Source: Candidatus Fermentibacterota bacterium
GTDB taxonomy: Bacteria; Fermentibacterota; Fermentibacteria; Fermentibacterales; JCC-6
Reading direction: 5' to 3'
DNA length: 64,000 nt
Assembly: GCA_963845085.1 (NCBI GenBank)
Contig: CAWJQI010000004.1
Coordinates: forward strand, 448,001-512,000
Below are positions 29,549 to 40,150 of this stretch, piece after piece. The notes beneath the pieces were generated by a model. It was not told where the DNA came from, ran no database searches, and was given only the letters and a program-made list of their open reading frames with translations. Position 1 is the stretch's first letter; each line of letters starts with the position of its first letter. The position numbers and the translations under genes were made by a program.

Positions 29549-30744
29549 CAGTTCCTCGTAAGGTTTATTATCGTTGCGGTCATTGTCACAAGGCTTGCAA
29601 GGATCACGATCGTGGTCTGGTAACGGGATTCAAGGCTGTAGGGCAGTTCGATCACATCCCCGGGTCTGGCTTCGAGGGAGAGGGCGTCGGAACCACGTGC
29701 AACCACGCCGCCCATCCTGGACAGTATGGTCTGGTGGATCCTGCCGTTCTGGATAACGCCCCCGGCCATGTCAATACAGTCCCTCACCGTCATCCCGCTG
29801 CGGTACAGCACGTATCCGGGGTCGGCAACGGCCCCGGCAACGTGTACCTGGTTGCCCATGATGGCCAGTCTGAGAGTGTCTCCGGGAAGAACCGGGGTCT
29901 GTATCAATCCCTCCGTGCCGTTCCAGACCGGGTACTCAACGCCTCCCGATACAAGAACGCATCCGGAGAGGTCAATCCTGCCCTCGGGGCCTCCGGTGCG
30001 GGCCAGAAAACCTGCGACCGTCTCCCCTTCGACCGAATCCCATGCCTCCACCTGGTGCCTTGCGGTGGACAGGATCGTTCCGTCGGAGGACATGAGAAGT
30101 TCTCCGGGTCTGGCAAGGAATACCGGGTTCTGTGCCACCGGGATTACCACAGAGGCGCCGTTGACAAGATACGGGTCGCTTATCGGCTGCCCGTCCGGCC
30201 CGAAGGAAAGGTCAACGCCTGTCTCGGTTCCGTCGGGCAGGTGCATGACGCCGCGCCTGGAACCGTAGGGGGTCACACCGCCCGCCGCAAGCACAAGATC
30301 GGACACCCTCTGAATGGACTTGAGCGTATACTGGCCGGTCCTTTCGACCATGCCGGAGATCCAGACGCTCAAAGCCCTCGGCTCCGTCAGGGAAAGACCG
30401 ATCCTGAGCCCCGGATAGTACCTTCTCGCAAGTGCAACAAGCTGCCGCTGTGCTTCTTCCAGCGACATGCCGTCGACCTGTATCTGGCCAACGCCCGGCA
30501 TCTGGAGATGCCCGTCGCCCGAAACCTGGCACACCGCTACGGGAAGAAGGCCGGACAGGATCATCAGATCGTTGCAGCCCCCCTCTATCACAACGGTGAG
30601 AACATCTCCGGGGCCGAGCAGGTACGCGTCCCGTGACAGGGTTTCAGAGTAGCCGGCCACCGGGCTTACCGTATCAACAGGCGCAGTTGTGACGGGCAGC
30701 TGCAGAACAATGGTCAGACCGAGGAAGAACATGGTGAAGCTCAT
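29548..30744 (-). CDS. Polysaccharide export protein with SLBB domains (Wza/KpsD-like)
   Basis: [31 protein letters not shown]...DCIDMAGG. Confidence 0.85.
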   Translation of the reverse strand: MSFTMFFLGLTIVLQLPVTTAPVDTVSPVAGYSETLSRDAYLLGPGDVLTVVIEGGCNDLMILSGLLPVAVCQVSGDGHLQMPGVGQIQVDGMSLEEAQRQLVALARRYYPGLRIGLSLTEPRALSVWISGMVERTGQYTLKSIQRVSDLVLAAGGVTPYGSRRGVMHLPDGTETGVDLSFGPDGQPISDPYLVNGASVVIPVAQNPVFLARPGELLMSSDGTILSTARHQVEAWDSVEGETVAGFLARTGGPEGRIDLSGCVLVSGGVEYPVWNGTEGLIQTPVLPGDTLRLAIMGNQVHVAGAVADPGYVLYRSGMTVRDCIDMAGGVIQNGRIHQTILSRMGGVVARGSDALSLEARPGDVIELPYSLESRYQTTIVILASLVTMTATIINLTRN

Positions 30745-31676
30745 TTACGTACGGCCATCCTGAAGTGCTCGATCGTGGGTTTCAAACCCTCTTCAAGGCT
30801 GACGACCGGCTCCCAGCCCAGCACCTCCTTCGCACGAGAGATGTCAGGTCTTCTGATCTTGGGATCGTCGAGAGGGAGCGGCTCGAAACGAATGCCTCCA
30901 CCCGCGCCCACAGCCTTCTGGATGAGTCTGGCGAACGAGACGATGGTCATCTCGTCGGGATTGCCGATGTTCACCGGCTCGTGGAAACCGCTTTCCATGA
31001 GCCTGATCAGGCCGCTCACGGTGTCGGAAACGAAACAGAAGCTGCGCGTCTGAGTTCCGTCGCCGAACACGGTAAGGTCATCGCCGCGGAGAGCCTGGCA
31101 AATGAAGGAGGGAACGACCCGTCCGTCGTCAGCCCTCATTCTCGGGCCGTAGGTGTTGAATATCCGTGCCACCCTTGTATCAACTCCGTGGTAGCGGTGA
31201 TAGGCAAAAACAAGGGCTTCAGCGAAACGCTTCGCCTCGTCGTAGACTCCGCGGGGTCCCACAGGGTTCACGTTTCCCCAGTAGGATTCAGGCTGTGGAT
31301 GGACCAACGGATCGCCGTACACCTCGCTTGTGGATGCGAGAAGAATCCGGGCCTTTTTTTCACGGGCCAGCCCGAGGGCCTTGTGGGTTCCCAGCGCACC
31401 GACTTTCAGGGTCTGGATCGGGTATGCAAGGTAGTCGACCGGGCTTGCAGGCGACGCAAGGTGGAAGATGTAGTCGAACCCGCCTTGAAGATAGATGTAC
31501 TCGGTCACATCGTGCCTGATGAAACTGAAATCGCCCCTGCCCGACAGATGGGCGATGTTGTCAGTGTTTCCGGTAATGAGGTTGTCAAGGGCGACAACAG
31601 AATGACCGCTCTCAAGAAGCCTCTCGCATAGATGGCTTCCAATGAAGCCAGCCCCGCCGGTGACAAGAATTCTCAT
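30741..31676 (-). CDS. UDP-glucuronate decarboxylase (UDP-xylose synthase) family SDR
   Basis: [46 protein letters not shown]. Confidence 0.92.
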   Translation of the reverse strand: MRILVTGGAGFIGSHLCERLLESGHSVVALDNLITGNTDNIAHLSGRGDFSFIRHDVTEYIYLQGGFDYIFHLASPASPVDYLAYPIQTLKVGALGTHKALGLAREKKARILLASTSEVYGDPLVHPQPESYWGNVNPVGPRGVYDEAKRFAEALVFAYHRYHGVDTRVARIFNTYGPRMRADDGRVVPSFICQALRGDDLTVFGDGTQTRSFCFVSDTVSGLIRLMESGFHEPVNIGNPDEMTIVSFARLIQKAVGAGGGIRFEPLPLDDPKIRRPDISRAKEVLGWEPVVSLEEGLKPTIEHFRMAVRK

Positions 31677-32704
31677 TCCGAGACCGCCCCCCTCGATTTT
31701 CCAAGCCTGTCATGATACATGCGTCTGTAATACTCCCGGAACTCACCGGACTTGATCGCCTCCCACCATGCTCGATGGGTGCGGTACCAGTCCGCCGTGG
31801 CTTTGATCCCCTCCTCGAAACTCATCAAAGGCTTCCAGCCGGTCTCCCGAAGTATCTTGCCAATGTCGAGCGCATAGCGCCGGTCATGGCCGGGCCTGTC
31901 CTCGATGAATCTAATCAGATCGGCACCCGCACCAAGCGAATCAAGTACGGCGTGCGTAACTTCAAGGTTGGACTTCTCGAATCCCCCCCCGATATTGTAG
32001 ACCGAACCAGCCGGGCATTGCTCCAGAATCGTCAGAAGAGCCCTGCAGTGGTCTTCCACGAAGAGCCAGTCCCTCCGGTTCAGCCCGTCACCATAAATGG
32101 GCAGCTGCATGCCGTCAAGCGCGTTGGTTATGAAAAGAGGGATGAGCTTCTCGGGGTACTGGTACGGGCCGTAGTTGTTCGAGGCCCTTGTCACGGCAAC
32201 CGGAGTTCCGTAGGTGTGGTGGTAGCTCATGGCAAGCAGCTCGCCGCCAGCCTTGGAGGCTGAATAGGGGCTTCTGGGGCACAGGGAGTCGGTCTCGAGA
32301 GAAAAGCCCGTTTCCACGCTTCCGTAAACCTCGTCGGTGGAAACCTGCAGAAAGAGCGATCTGCTTTCCCGTCTGAACTCCTCGAGAAGAACCCTGACCC
32401 CCTCGATGTCTGTTCTGACGAACGACGAAGCTTCCTCGATCGATCTGTCAACATGCGTTTCCGCGGCGAAGTTCACCACGGCATCGCACCCCTTCATGGC
32501 GTCGGCCACCGCCGTCGGATCGCAGATGTCGCCCTTGGCGAAGCAGAAACGCGGGTTCGACGCCACGTCCTCGAGATTCTCCATCCGGCCCGCATAGGTG
32601 AGCTTGTCCAGCACGACCACGTTCCATGAAGGTCTCGAGGAGACCAGAAGCCTGGCAAAATTGCATCCTATGAATCCGGCTCCACCCGTCACAAGAACCT
32701 TCAT
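31673..32704 (-). CDS. rfbB: dTDP-glucose 4,6-dehydratase
   Basis: [43 protein letters not shown]. Confidence 0.96.
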   Translation of the reverse strand: MKVLVTGGAGFIGCNFARLLVSSRPSWNVVVLDKLTYAGRMENLEDVASNPRFCFAKGDICDPTAVADAMKGCDAVVNFAAETHVDRSIEEASSFVRTDIEGVRVLLEEFRRESRSLFLQVSTDEVYGSVETGFSLETDSLCPRSPYSASKAGGELLAMSYHHTYGTPVAVTRASNNYGPYQYPEKLIPLFITNALDGMQLPIYGDGLNRRDWLFVEDHCRALLTILEQCPAGSVYNIGGGFEKSNLEVTHAVLDSLGAGADLIRFIEDRPGHDRRYALDIGKILRETGWKPLMSFEEGIKATADWYRTHRAWWEAIKSGEFREYYRRMYHDRLGKSRGAVSE

Positions 32705-32750
32705 TGCGCAACCTTCCCGGGTAAGTTCACTGACATGATGCCCGCCTGAA

Positions 32751-34895
32751 TCATCTCACAACGGCGAACTTGAACAAATCCGTCACGCCCTGCTGCTCCA
32801 GGATGAGAACATACACGCCGGACGGCACAGGCGAACCATCCGTTCCGCGTCCGTCCCATGCGAAATCGTCACGGCCTGTCGTTGAACAGCGGTACAACAG
32901 CGCACCCGAAAGATCAAATATGCTCAAATCCATGGGCTCATCGGGCAACCCTGCCATCCCCAGAACTTCCCCGGCTCCGGGTCGGAAAGGATTCGGGTAA
33001 AGCACAGGGCTGTAAGGGCCTTCATAGAGCCCCTGCCCCAGGCTGACCTCCCAGACACCGTGGGAAGTGGCAAGCCAGAGAAGCCCCTCCCCCCAGTCGC
33101 ATGCCATTGCCCTAATGTCGACTTCAGGCAGGGGTGTGTTATAGCTGTTGAACGCCTGCAGCTCGTCTTCGGAACTCAGCCTGTAGAGTGTGCCGGGCAC
33201 CGCGGCCCACACACCTCCCAGGTTATCCGCGCAGAGGCTTCCCACCGGACCGGGCACGCCGTCGATCACCTGAAGGGCGCCGTTCCTCACCCTTGCCAGA
33301 CCTGTTGAGGTGCCGGCATACACGTCTCCGGAGCGGGTAATGGCAAGGCTCAGAACATCATCTGAAGGAAGGCCGTCGGAAGTTCTAAAAACCCTTTCGA
33401 CGCCGGTGCCGACAGACAACTCCGCAAGACCGGCGCTCGTCGCAGCCCAGGCGGAAGTGGCAGAAACCGCCTCAACATCGCGCACGAATTTGCCGGGGAG
33501 GCTGCCGGAACTTGAGATTGTGCTGATGACGGCGGTTTCGGGAAGACCGGGCTGCCAGCTCAACCTGCAGACACCGGAGGCTTCGTCAGGTGTAGCCCAG
33601 TAGGGTTCCTGCGCGAACCAGGCGATCTGATCGTCCCATACCGATATCGCTGTCACCTGGTCGTTGAGCAACCCATCCGATGCGGTGAAGGTGATGCCGT
33701 CATGCACTTCCTGACCATCCCAGTCGAGCCAGGTTACGCCGCTGTGGTACGAAGCTGCAAAAACCGTGTAGTCGCGCACACCCAGCGCAAATATCTGGTT
33801 GTTGTTCGGCATGAAGCCCTGAACCCGGTGCCATTCGTTTCCATAATAGTACCCCACCCCTGAACGGTGCGACCCGACCCAGCAATAGCCTAATGTGTTG
33901 ACACCGATTGAATAAATGTCATTGGAGATACCTCCCGGCGGCGTGTGCCTTGTAACCGTTGAGCCGGATACCAGTGCAAGGCCGGAACCTTCCAGCCTTT
34001 CCTCGGAGATGGCGTTTGTCATCCCCGCAACCGTTCCGACACCTTCGATTTCCGCCAGGGCGGTCAGGAGGTTGCCACCGAAATTGCCCGCCACAGATGT
34101 CCATGTGCCGCCCGAAAACGTGTACAGGGTATCCTGGTCACCGATGGAGATGCCTGACGGGCCGCTCAGAATCGAGGATGGACGGGCCCCGGGGTACGAT
34201 GAGAGGAGCGTCCAGGAGGCGCCGGGAGGACAGATGTAGACATTGTCGCTTGCTATGACCCAGAGCGAGTCGTTCCGTTCCGCGATGGCGCTTACCGCCT
34301 TGCCTGCCAGGAGGTCGACGGCACGCCAGGAGGATGGTTCCGCGGGCGGCAGATCGGGCTGAAGGAGCACCAGCCCTGAATATGTTCCAACGAAAAGACC
34401 GGAATCCACCGGTGCGATGCAGTTCACCACCGAACTCGGCAACCCTCCACCCGTGCCGCTTTCATTGTATGTCACGAAGAATCCGAGGCTGTTGATCGAT
34501 AGACCCTGTGTGGTGGCAGCGTATATCACTGTATCGGGGTAGACCTGGTTGACCATCAGGTTCAAAGGAAGTCCCTCGAGCTGGCCGTAGCGGGTGACCG
34601 AACCGTCCGGGTGGAAGACCTCTATCCCGCCGCCGAGGTAGGCAATCCACATGCTTCCGTCGGAATCGGGATAAAGGCTTGCGACACGGTCCCAACCCAG
34701 GCGCTGACCGTATGTCCAGGTGGAATCGAACGCAATCCCGTCATCGGAAACAGTACAGAACAGAACGCCTCCCCCTGTGGCGACGGTGAGTTGGTTCCCC
34801 TCCGAGATCATTCCGTTGAAACCGCCGAAATGGGGATGGTGCAACCAAAAAGACACTTCAATGGCTGCTGAGAGAATGAGTGGGATCATGTTCAT
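32751..34895 (-). CDS. PorZ-like beta-propeller protein (two-component regulator propeller repeats) with C-terminal FlgD-Ig/T9SS domain, paralog 1
   Basis: VATGGGV, GLPSSVV, GLPSDDVLSL repeats; tail LYPNPFRP...IFDLSG...WDGRGTDGSPVPSGVY...KFAVVR; ATGA overlap with the upstream stop. Confidence 0.7.
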   Translation of the reverse strand: MNMIPLILSAAIEVSFWLHHPHFGGFNGMISEGNQLTVATGGGVLFCTVSDDGIAFDSTWTYGQRLGWDRVASLYPDSDGSMWIAYLGGGIEVFHPDGSVTRYGQLEGLPLNLMVNQVYPDTVIYAATTQGLSINSLGFFVTYNESGTGGGLPSSVVNCIAPVDSGLFVGTYSGLVLLQPDLPPAEPSSWRAVDLLAGKAVSAIAERNDSLWVIASDNVYICPPGASWTLLSSYPGARPSSILSGPSGISIGDQDTLYTFSGGTWTSVAGNFGGNLLTALAEIEGVGTVAGMTNAISEERLEGSGLALVSGSTVTRHTPPGGISNDIYSIGVNTLGYCWVGSHRSGVGYYYGNEWHRVQGFMPNNNQIFALGVRDYTVFAASYHSGVTWLDWDGQEVHDGITFTASDGLLNDQVTAISVWDDQIAWFAQEPYWATPDEASGVCRLSWQPGLPETAVISTISSSGSLPGKFVRDVEAVSATSAWAATSAGLAELSVGTGVERVFRTSDGLPSDDVLSLAITRSGDVYAGTSTGLARVRNGALQVIDGVPGPVGSLCADNLGGVWAAVPGTLYRLSSEDELQAFNSYNTPLPEVDIRAMACDWGEGLLWLATSHGVWEVSLGQGLYEGPYSPVLYPNPFRPGAGEVLGMAGLPDEPMDLSIFDLSGALLYRCSTTGRDDFAWDGRGTDGSPVPSGVYVLILEQQGVTDLFKFAVVR

Positions 34896-35818
34896 GGAAT
34901 CCTCCGGCTCCACCAGGAATATAGATCGGAAAGTCCTTCTTCGTGACCAATCTCGGGAATGAAACCGCCCAGTGCAAGAAGTTTGCCGGGATCCCCGATC
35001 TGCCGGTCGTGATCCACTTCACGGGCGAGCAGGGGGTCCGTGACCACGGCAAGAGAGGCTCCTGAAACCCTTATCAGCACATCGAGCAGCTCTCCCATCG
35101 AAACACCGATGCCGCTGCACACGTTGTACACCTCTCCCGGGTAGCCCCTTGCGAGCAGCACTGCGTAAGCTCTCACAACATCCCTGACATGAAGGTAGTC
35201 CCGCACCGGAAACAGATTTCCCGTCTTCAGCACAGTTGTACCGCTTCTCTCCGCCTCGACTATCCGCCGGCAGAATGAGGCAAGTGCAAATCGGTCGGCC
35301 TGACCCGGGCCGTAATGGGGAAAGGATCGGGCCGTTACGATCGCAAGCCCCTTCTCCTTCACAAAATGGGTCGCTGCCTGCTCCATCGCGGCCTTGCTGG
35401 CAGCGTAGGGGCTGCCAGGGCACATCGGCGAAGTTTCTAGAAGGCGCTGACCTGACCGCGCGTACACCTCGGATGAGCTTGCGAGCAATATCCTTGCCCC
35501 GGGGCACCTTTCCTGGGCGAGACAGAGCAGCTCAATAGTTCCCATAAGGTTGACGGCGTACACATCCCTAAGGTCAAGACGGGATCCCTGAACGGACGAA
35601 CGGGCTGCAAGGTGAACTATCGTCCTGAAGCCGCCCAGATCAGGTGCAGCCGGCTCGGGCAGCCTCCAGGAAACCGTTTTCACCCCCGGAGGGGCGGGGA
35701 ATGTCGCCGTGACATCGGCCGCAGCATCTCCTTCACGCATGTTCAGTTCATCCATCAGGTGGGCACCGACGAAACCTGCGGCCCCGGTTACAAGAATCGG
35801 GCCATCCTCAAGCATCAC
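34892..35818 (-). CDS. GDP-4-keto-6-deoxy-D-mannose reductase-like SDR (Rmd)
   Basis: LVTGAAGFVGAHL, HLAARSSV, SPYAASK, HYGPGQ...FALASF, GNLFPVRDY, GEVYNVCSG. Confidence 0.75.
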   Translation of the reverse strand: MMLEDGPILVTGAAGFVGAHLMDELNMREGDAAADVTATFPAPPGVKTVSWRLPEPAAPDLGGFRTIVHLAARSSVQGSRLDLRDVYAVNLMGTIELLCLAQERCPGARILLASSSEVYARSGQRLLETSPMCPGSPYAASKAAMEQAATHFVKEKGLAIVTARSFPHYGPGQADRFALASFCRRIVEAERSGTTVLKTGNLFPVRDYLHVRDVVRAYAVLLARGYPGEVYNVCSGIGVSMGELLDVLIRVSGASLAVVTDPLLAREVDHDRQIGDPGKLLALGGFIPEIGHEEGLSDLYSWWSRRIP

Positions 35819-35835
35819 GCCGCTTCTGGTCTCCC

Positions 35836-36735
35836 TCACGGTTCCTCTCCAAGGATACGGATCTCTTCCTGAAGCAGAAAACCCGTCAGTTCCATCACCC
35901 TCTGCCTGGCCATCCGGATGAGGGTCAATATATCTTCCGAACACGCGTTGCCGGTATTCTCGATGAAGTTGGCATGAACCGGGGAAAAACGGGCTCCACC
36001 AATGGCATGACCCTTAAGACCGCAATCTTCAAGAAGCTTTCCGGGCGGGGGGCCGTTTTCCGGTCTGCGGAAAACGCTTCCGGCGTTCGGAACCGTAATG
36101 GGAAAGCTGTTCCTCCGTTTTTCGAGAACTTCCCGAGCCCTGCCCCTCAGTTCATCCCTGTCACCCGGAACAAGTTTCATGGTCACCTCTACAACAGCAC
36201 CGGGGACCTTCTGAAAACCGCTCGTCCTGTATGCGAATCCGCATTCCTCGCGTGAGAGCTCGCGGCAGTCGCCCCCGGGGTAGACGACCCGGACCGAGCT
36301 TGTGATTTCAGCCATTGAATCGCCATAAGCTCCGGCATTCATGAAAACGGCTCCCCCCACCGTGCCCGGAATGCCGACCGAGAAAACCATGCCGGAAAGA
36401 CCAGCCGAACACGCCGATCCGGAAACGGACGGCAGGGTCGCGCCCGCGCCGGAAATGATGGTGTCACCGTGGATCCCGAATGTCCTGAAGCTCCCCTGAA
36501 GGTTTATGGCAACGCCATCCCAGCCCCTGGACGGAGCGAGCAGGTTCGATCCCCTGCCGATCATCGACCATTCCACACCTTCGCGGGCTATCCATTTCAT
36601 CATCCCGCAGAGTTCCGCTGTGTTTTCCGGGAACAGCACGGTGCAGGGGCCGCCGATACGCCATGTCGTCAGCCGGGAAAGCGGCACCACCTTGCTGCGG
36701 TCAGGGAATGCCCTCAGAGCGTCAGTGTTGTTCAT
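35836..36735 (-). CDS. murB: UDP-N-acetylenolpyruvoylglucosamine reductase
   Basis: TTWRIGGP, GRGSNLL, GIPGTVGGAVFMNAGAYG, PNAGSVFR, VHANFIEN. Confidence 0.95.
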   Translation of the reverse strand: MNNTDALRAFPDRSKVVPLSRLTTWRIGGPCTVLFPENTAELCGMMKWIAREGVEWSMIGRGSNLLAPSRGWDGVAINLQGSFRTFGIHGDTIISGAGATLPSVSGSACSAGLSGMVFSVGIPGTVGGAVFMNAGAYGDSMAEITSSVRVVYPGGDCRELSREECGFAYRTSGFQKVPGAVVEVTMKLVPGDRDELRGRAREVLEKRRNSFPITVPNAGSVFRRPENGPPPGKLLEDCGLKGHAIGGARFSPVHANFIENTGNACSEDILTLIRMARQRVMELTGFLLQEEIRILGEEP

Positions 36736-37682
36736 CTCCTGAAGTCCCTTCCGGAAAGCCCCATCAGGCAGGCGCCGACGGAAAGGTACGTGAAACCGGC
36801 CAGTGGGCGTCCGTGTCGCTCCATGTACCCGAGTACCATCCGGTAGACGGCAGGTTTCAAGGCGAATCGGCATGCAGTACGCATGAAAATGGTTCCAGGG
36901 GTGACCGGGGGGGTGAAGAGCGGCTGTACCCAGCGGCTTCCCAGCAGACCAGAGGCCTCGGGATGTTTTTCGAGCATGTATTTCAGCCCCGTGGCGCCGT
37001 ATTCGAGCATCTTCTCGGAATGCTTCCGGGGGCTGACAACATCCATGTGGAGCACTTCGATCTCAGGATTCCAGTGAAATGAAGCCCCCTGCTTCCAAAG
37101 CCTGAGCCCTGCCTCCACATCCTCCCCGCCGTACCGTTCGATGGCGGTGTCGAAGCCGCCCACCGCCAGGAGCATCTCCGGATCAACACTCAGGTTGCCC
37201 GTGATGAAGTACTTCCAGGGGAACGTCCCGGCGGGTCTGCATCCCATTGCCCTTGTGTCGAACCACTTCTGCCAGCGTGTTGCATCCGCGGAATGAGCAT
37301 TGATGCGGGCACCCATCAGAAACCGGGCTCCCATGGCCCTCCGTATCTCAAGATGCCGGAGCAGAAGGTCCGGATCGAACTCAAGATCGGCATCCATGAG
37401 GAGTGCAACGGGAGCGCTGCCGGCTTTCAAGGCCTCGTTCCGCGCTGCCGACCTGTTGCCCGGACCGTCGATGCGTAAGACCCTCACCCGGGCATTTTCA
37501 GGCAGCTCGGCCAGAATGGAGCCGAACTCCCTGTCAACGGGCACCCGGCTGCCGTCGTCGGAAATGACGAGCTCCCAGGGAATGCCGTGCGTATCCTGCC
37601 GTGCCAGGCAGACCAGGGTCGCCCTGAACATGGAGCCGCCATTCCTTACCGGGATCTGAACCGATACTTCAGGTTTTGGCAT
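36732..37682 (-). CDS. GT2 family glycosyltransferase
   Basis: VSVQIPVRN, ISDDGS, SAARN, LMDAD, YGGEDVEAGLRL. Confidence 0.88.
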   Translation of the reverse strand: MPKPEVSVQIPVRNGGSMFRATLVCLARQDTHGIPWELVISDDGSRVPVDREFGSILAELPENARVRVLRIDGPGNRSAARNEALKAGSAPVALLMDADLEFDPDLLLRHLEIRRAMGARFLMGARINAHSADATRWQKWFDTRAMGCRPAGTFPWKYFITGNLSVDPEMLLAVGGFDTAIERYGGEDVEAGLRLWKQGASFHWNPEIEVLHMDVVSPRKHSEKMLEYGATGLKYMLEKHPEASGLLGSRWVQPLFTPPVTPGTIFMRTACRFALKPAVYRMVLGYMERHGRPLAGFTYLSVGACLMGLSGRDFRR

Positions 37683-39081
37683 TGTCCGCCCCTGCCGCCC
37701 TCAATCCGACGAGCACCACCGCGGTGAGGAAGGTGACAACCAGCACCAGCACCGATCTGACGCCGGAACCCAGCCCCGCAGCCGCCCCTGCCGCCACGGG
37801 AATTGCCATCAGCGGAATGATTGCGCCGAAGCTCACCGGAAAGACCCGTCTTCCCAGCCAGAACAGGCTCATCCCCATGAACATGTTCGCTGCAAGGGTG
37901 GCAAAAGCCGCACCGACAGCACCCGCAACGGGGATGAGCCTGAGATTGAAGCCTATGTTCAACAGAGCACCGAAGAATGTCATCCCTCCGATGTACCGGG
38001 TCTGGCCCGTCAGCAGGGGACCGGTCTGGCTCACCGTGAACAGGGCGTACAGAGCCCCGGAAGCGGCGATCCACGGAAGCACCGAAGCTGCCGGCAGCCA
38101 CTCCTCCCCCCCGAAGAGGAGGGTGACCTCCCGGGAGGCCAGGGCAAGCACCGTCGATGCCCAGACAACGCCGGCCATGAATGCAAGAGCCGTCCTCCCC
38201 AGCTCACCAAGCGAGCCGCCTTCCCTTTTCTTTCGGAAGATGTACCTCTGCCAGGCCATGCCGAAACCCAGGGTCAGCGGGGAAAGCACCATGGCGGCAC
38301 GGGTTGCCCACTCGTAGTAGCCGCTCTGGTCAAGATCGGTCGACATCGTTCTGAGCATGACGATGTCCGCGCCTGAAAGCACGATCATGGCCAGCCCGGC
38401 AGGGATGAGCGGCAGACCGAAGGCAAGGAGCCTTCGCGAAAGGCCGGGGTCGACTTTCCCGGCTGAATCGGCGGTGCGTCTGAGCATTACAAGAAGCACC
38501 GTTCCGAACGCCGCCAGCGTGGGTATCCATCTCGCGCCCAGGAAGGCCGCGAGCATCGGGATTCCCCTGATACCGGCCACGAACAGCAGCAAAAGCCCAA
38601 GGCTGGCAAGACCCCTGCACAACTGGAGCAGGAAGAAGAAGACAGCCATCCCCCTTGCCCTTGCAGTGGCCGATGCAGCCTGGAAAAGGGCCACGCCGCC
38701 ACCGAGTGCAAGAGCATGAAGCAAAAGCCCCGAGTCGGAAAGGTGAAGCCCGGCAAGAAGCCCCGGCATCAGAACGACCGCCAGCAAGGCACAGACCATG
38801 ATCGGAAGAAGGGGCAGAAGGGAGGAAAGGACGAGTATCCTTCTTTTGGCCATGCTCTCATGCCAGGCACGCATGACCGCGGTGGGAAGGCCGAGGATCG
38901 ATATGGCCGCTACGACCTCGCTGATCGTGGTAAGAACACCCAGCTCCCCGGCTTCGGCCGGAGTGAGCCACGTGCTCATGAACGGCAGGAATGCAAGCTG
39001 CACCATGCCGTTCACAACCATTGCCCCCGCGTAAAGAAGCGTTTCCCGGCCGAGTTCCCTGCCGACTGTGTCAGTGCCCAA
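37669..39081 (-). CDS. Oligosaccharide flippase (Wzx/MOP family)
   Basis: About 13 TM segments; RELGRETLLY, LLAFGLPLIP, LIPVAGAVGAAFAT. Start uncertain (TTG 39081). Confidence 0.8.
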   Translation of the reverse strand: MGTDTVGRELGRETLLYAGAMVVNGMVQLAFLPFMSTWLTPAEAGELGVLTTISEVVAAISILGLPTAVMRAWHESMAKRRILVLSSLLPLLPIMVCALLAVVLMPGLLAGLHLSDSGLLLHALALGGGVALFQAASATARARGMAVFFFLLQLCRGLASLGLLLLFVAGIRGIPMLAAFLGARWIPTLAAFGTVLLVMLRRTADSAGKVDPGLSRRLLAFGLPLIPAGLAMIVLSGADIVMLRTMSTDLDQSGYYEWATRAAMVLSPLTLGFGMAWQRYIFRKKREGGSLGELGRTALAFMAGVVWASTVLALASREVTLLFGGEEWLPAASVLPWIAASGALYALFTVSQTGPLLTGQTRYIGGMTFFGALLNIGFNLRLIPVAGAVGAAFATLAANMFMGMSLFWLGRRVFPVSFGAIIPLMAIPVAAGAAAGLGSGVRSVLVLVVTFLTAVVLVGLRAAGADNAKT

Positions 39082-40150
39082 CGGTCCACCCCAGTTCCCG
39101 GTAGCGCCTGTGGAGATGCTCGGCGACCGTTCTCCAATGATGATGCTTCCTGATCCATGCGGGACCGGCCTGTGCATAACGGTTCCTGAGATCCGGATCG
39201 ATCACCAGTTCCCTCAGCCGGTTCTCCAGGTTTTCAGGGGTCACGGTGAAGAACGGGTGGTCGGGAATGAACTCCTCGTAGGCACCGGAGAGGTTCGTCA
39301 CCGTGCAAATTCCCATGGAAAGGCTCTCGAGGGAATTGACCCCGTAGCCCATGTCGCCGCTTGCCACCTGGTCAACAGCGATCTGGCAGCCCGATTTCAT
39401 CTCCATTGCTCTGGCATGCGACACGTTCTCGATCAATACAAGCTCCACAGGAAGCGACTCCGAGAGATTCCGGACCGCCTTTACTATGGCTTCGGTCCCC
39501 TTCACGGCGCGAATTCTCGGAGCATGGCAGATCCTCACCCTGTCTGATGCCGGCCTTGCCGAAGGCACCTGGTCGGGGTCGAAGGGAAGGAAAAGGTACT
39601 CGATCTCGGGGTACCTTTGAAAGAGGTCGAATTCACACGTTGTGTGCAGATCCGTCGCCTCCCAGACCGGTCTGATCGCCCCCCGCATCCGGAGGTCGAG
39701 GCCGTGGTAATTGCTTACTATCTTCTTGCCCATGGCCTTCAGCCTTTTAATGTCCCTTCCGTCCCGGAAGAAACTCATCCCACCCTCGAGATGATAGATG
39801 TCGAACTCGTCGAGATGGTGTTTCCTTCGCGCCCCTGCAAGGATGGGAGTCCAGAGGAGATCACGGAATGCCATAAGGACACGTTCCGCCCTGGACGGCG
39901 ACCAGAACATCCTCTGCGAAGTTCCGGTGAAGGGGACGCGAAGGCTGCCGCTTCTCACAAGCCGTTTGAGCGCCCAAAGCCATTCCATGGGGCCAACGAA
40001 GGGGAGGTTAAGGCAGATGTCCTCGCTGTAGAGGTTCCTGGCCCTGTAAAAGGTGACAAGATTGCTTTCATGGCCCAGGCTTCTATGCCCGCGGACGAAA
40101 AGGGTCAGCACGCCAGTGTAGTTCTGCGGGGAAAGATGAAGGATCCTCAT
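39071..40150 (-). CDS. GT-B (GT4-like) glycosyltransferase
   Basis: YHGLDLR, ICHAPRIRAVKGT, VDQV...YGVNSLESLSMG. Confidence 0.8.
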   Translation of the reverse strand: MRILHLSPQNYTGVLTLFVRGHRSLGHESNLVTFYRARNLYSEDICLNLPFVGPMEWLWALKRLVRSGSLRVPFTGTSQRMFWSPSRAERVLMAFRDLLWTPILAGARRKHHLDEFDIYHLEGGMSFFRDGRDIKRLKAMGKKIVSNYHGLDLRMRGAIRPVWEATDLHTTCEFDLFQRYPEIEYLFLPFDPDQVPSARPASDRVRICHAPRIRAVKGTEAIVKAVRNLSESLPVELVLIENVSHARAMEMKSGCQIAVDQVASGDMGYGVNSLESLSMGICTVTNLSGAYEEFIPDHPFFTVTPENLENRLRELVIDPDLRNRYAQAGPAWIRKHHHWRTVAEHLHRRYRELGWTVGH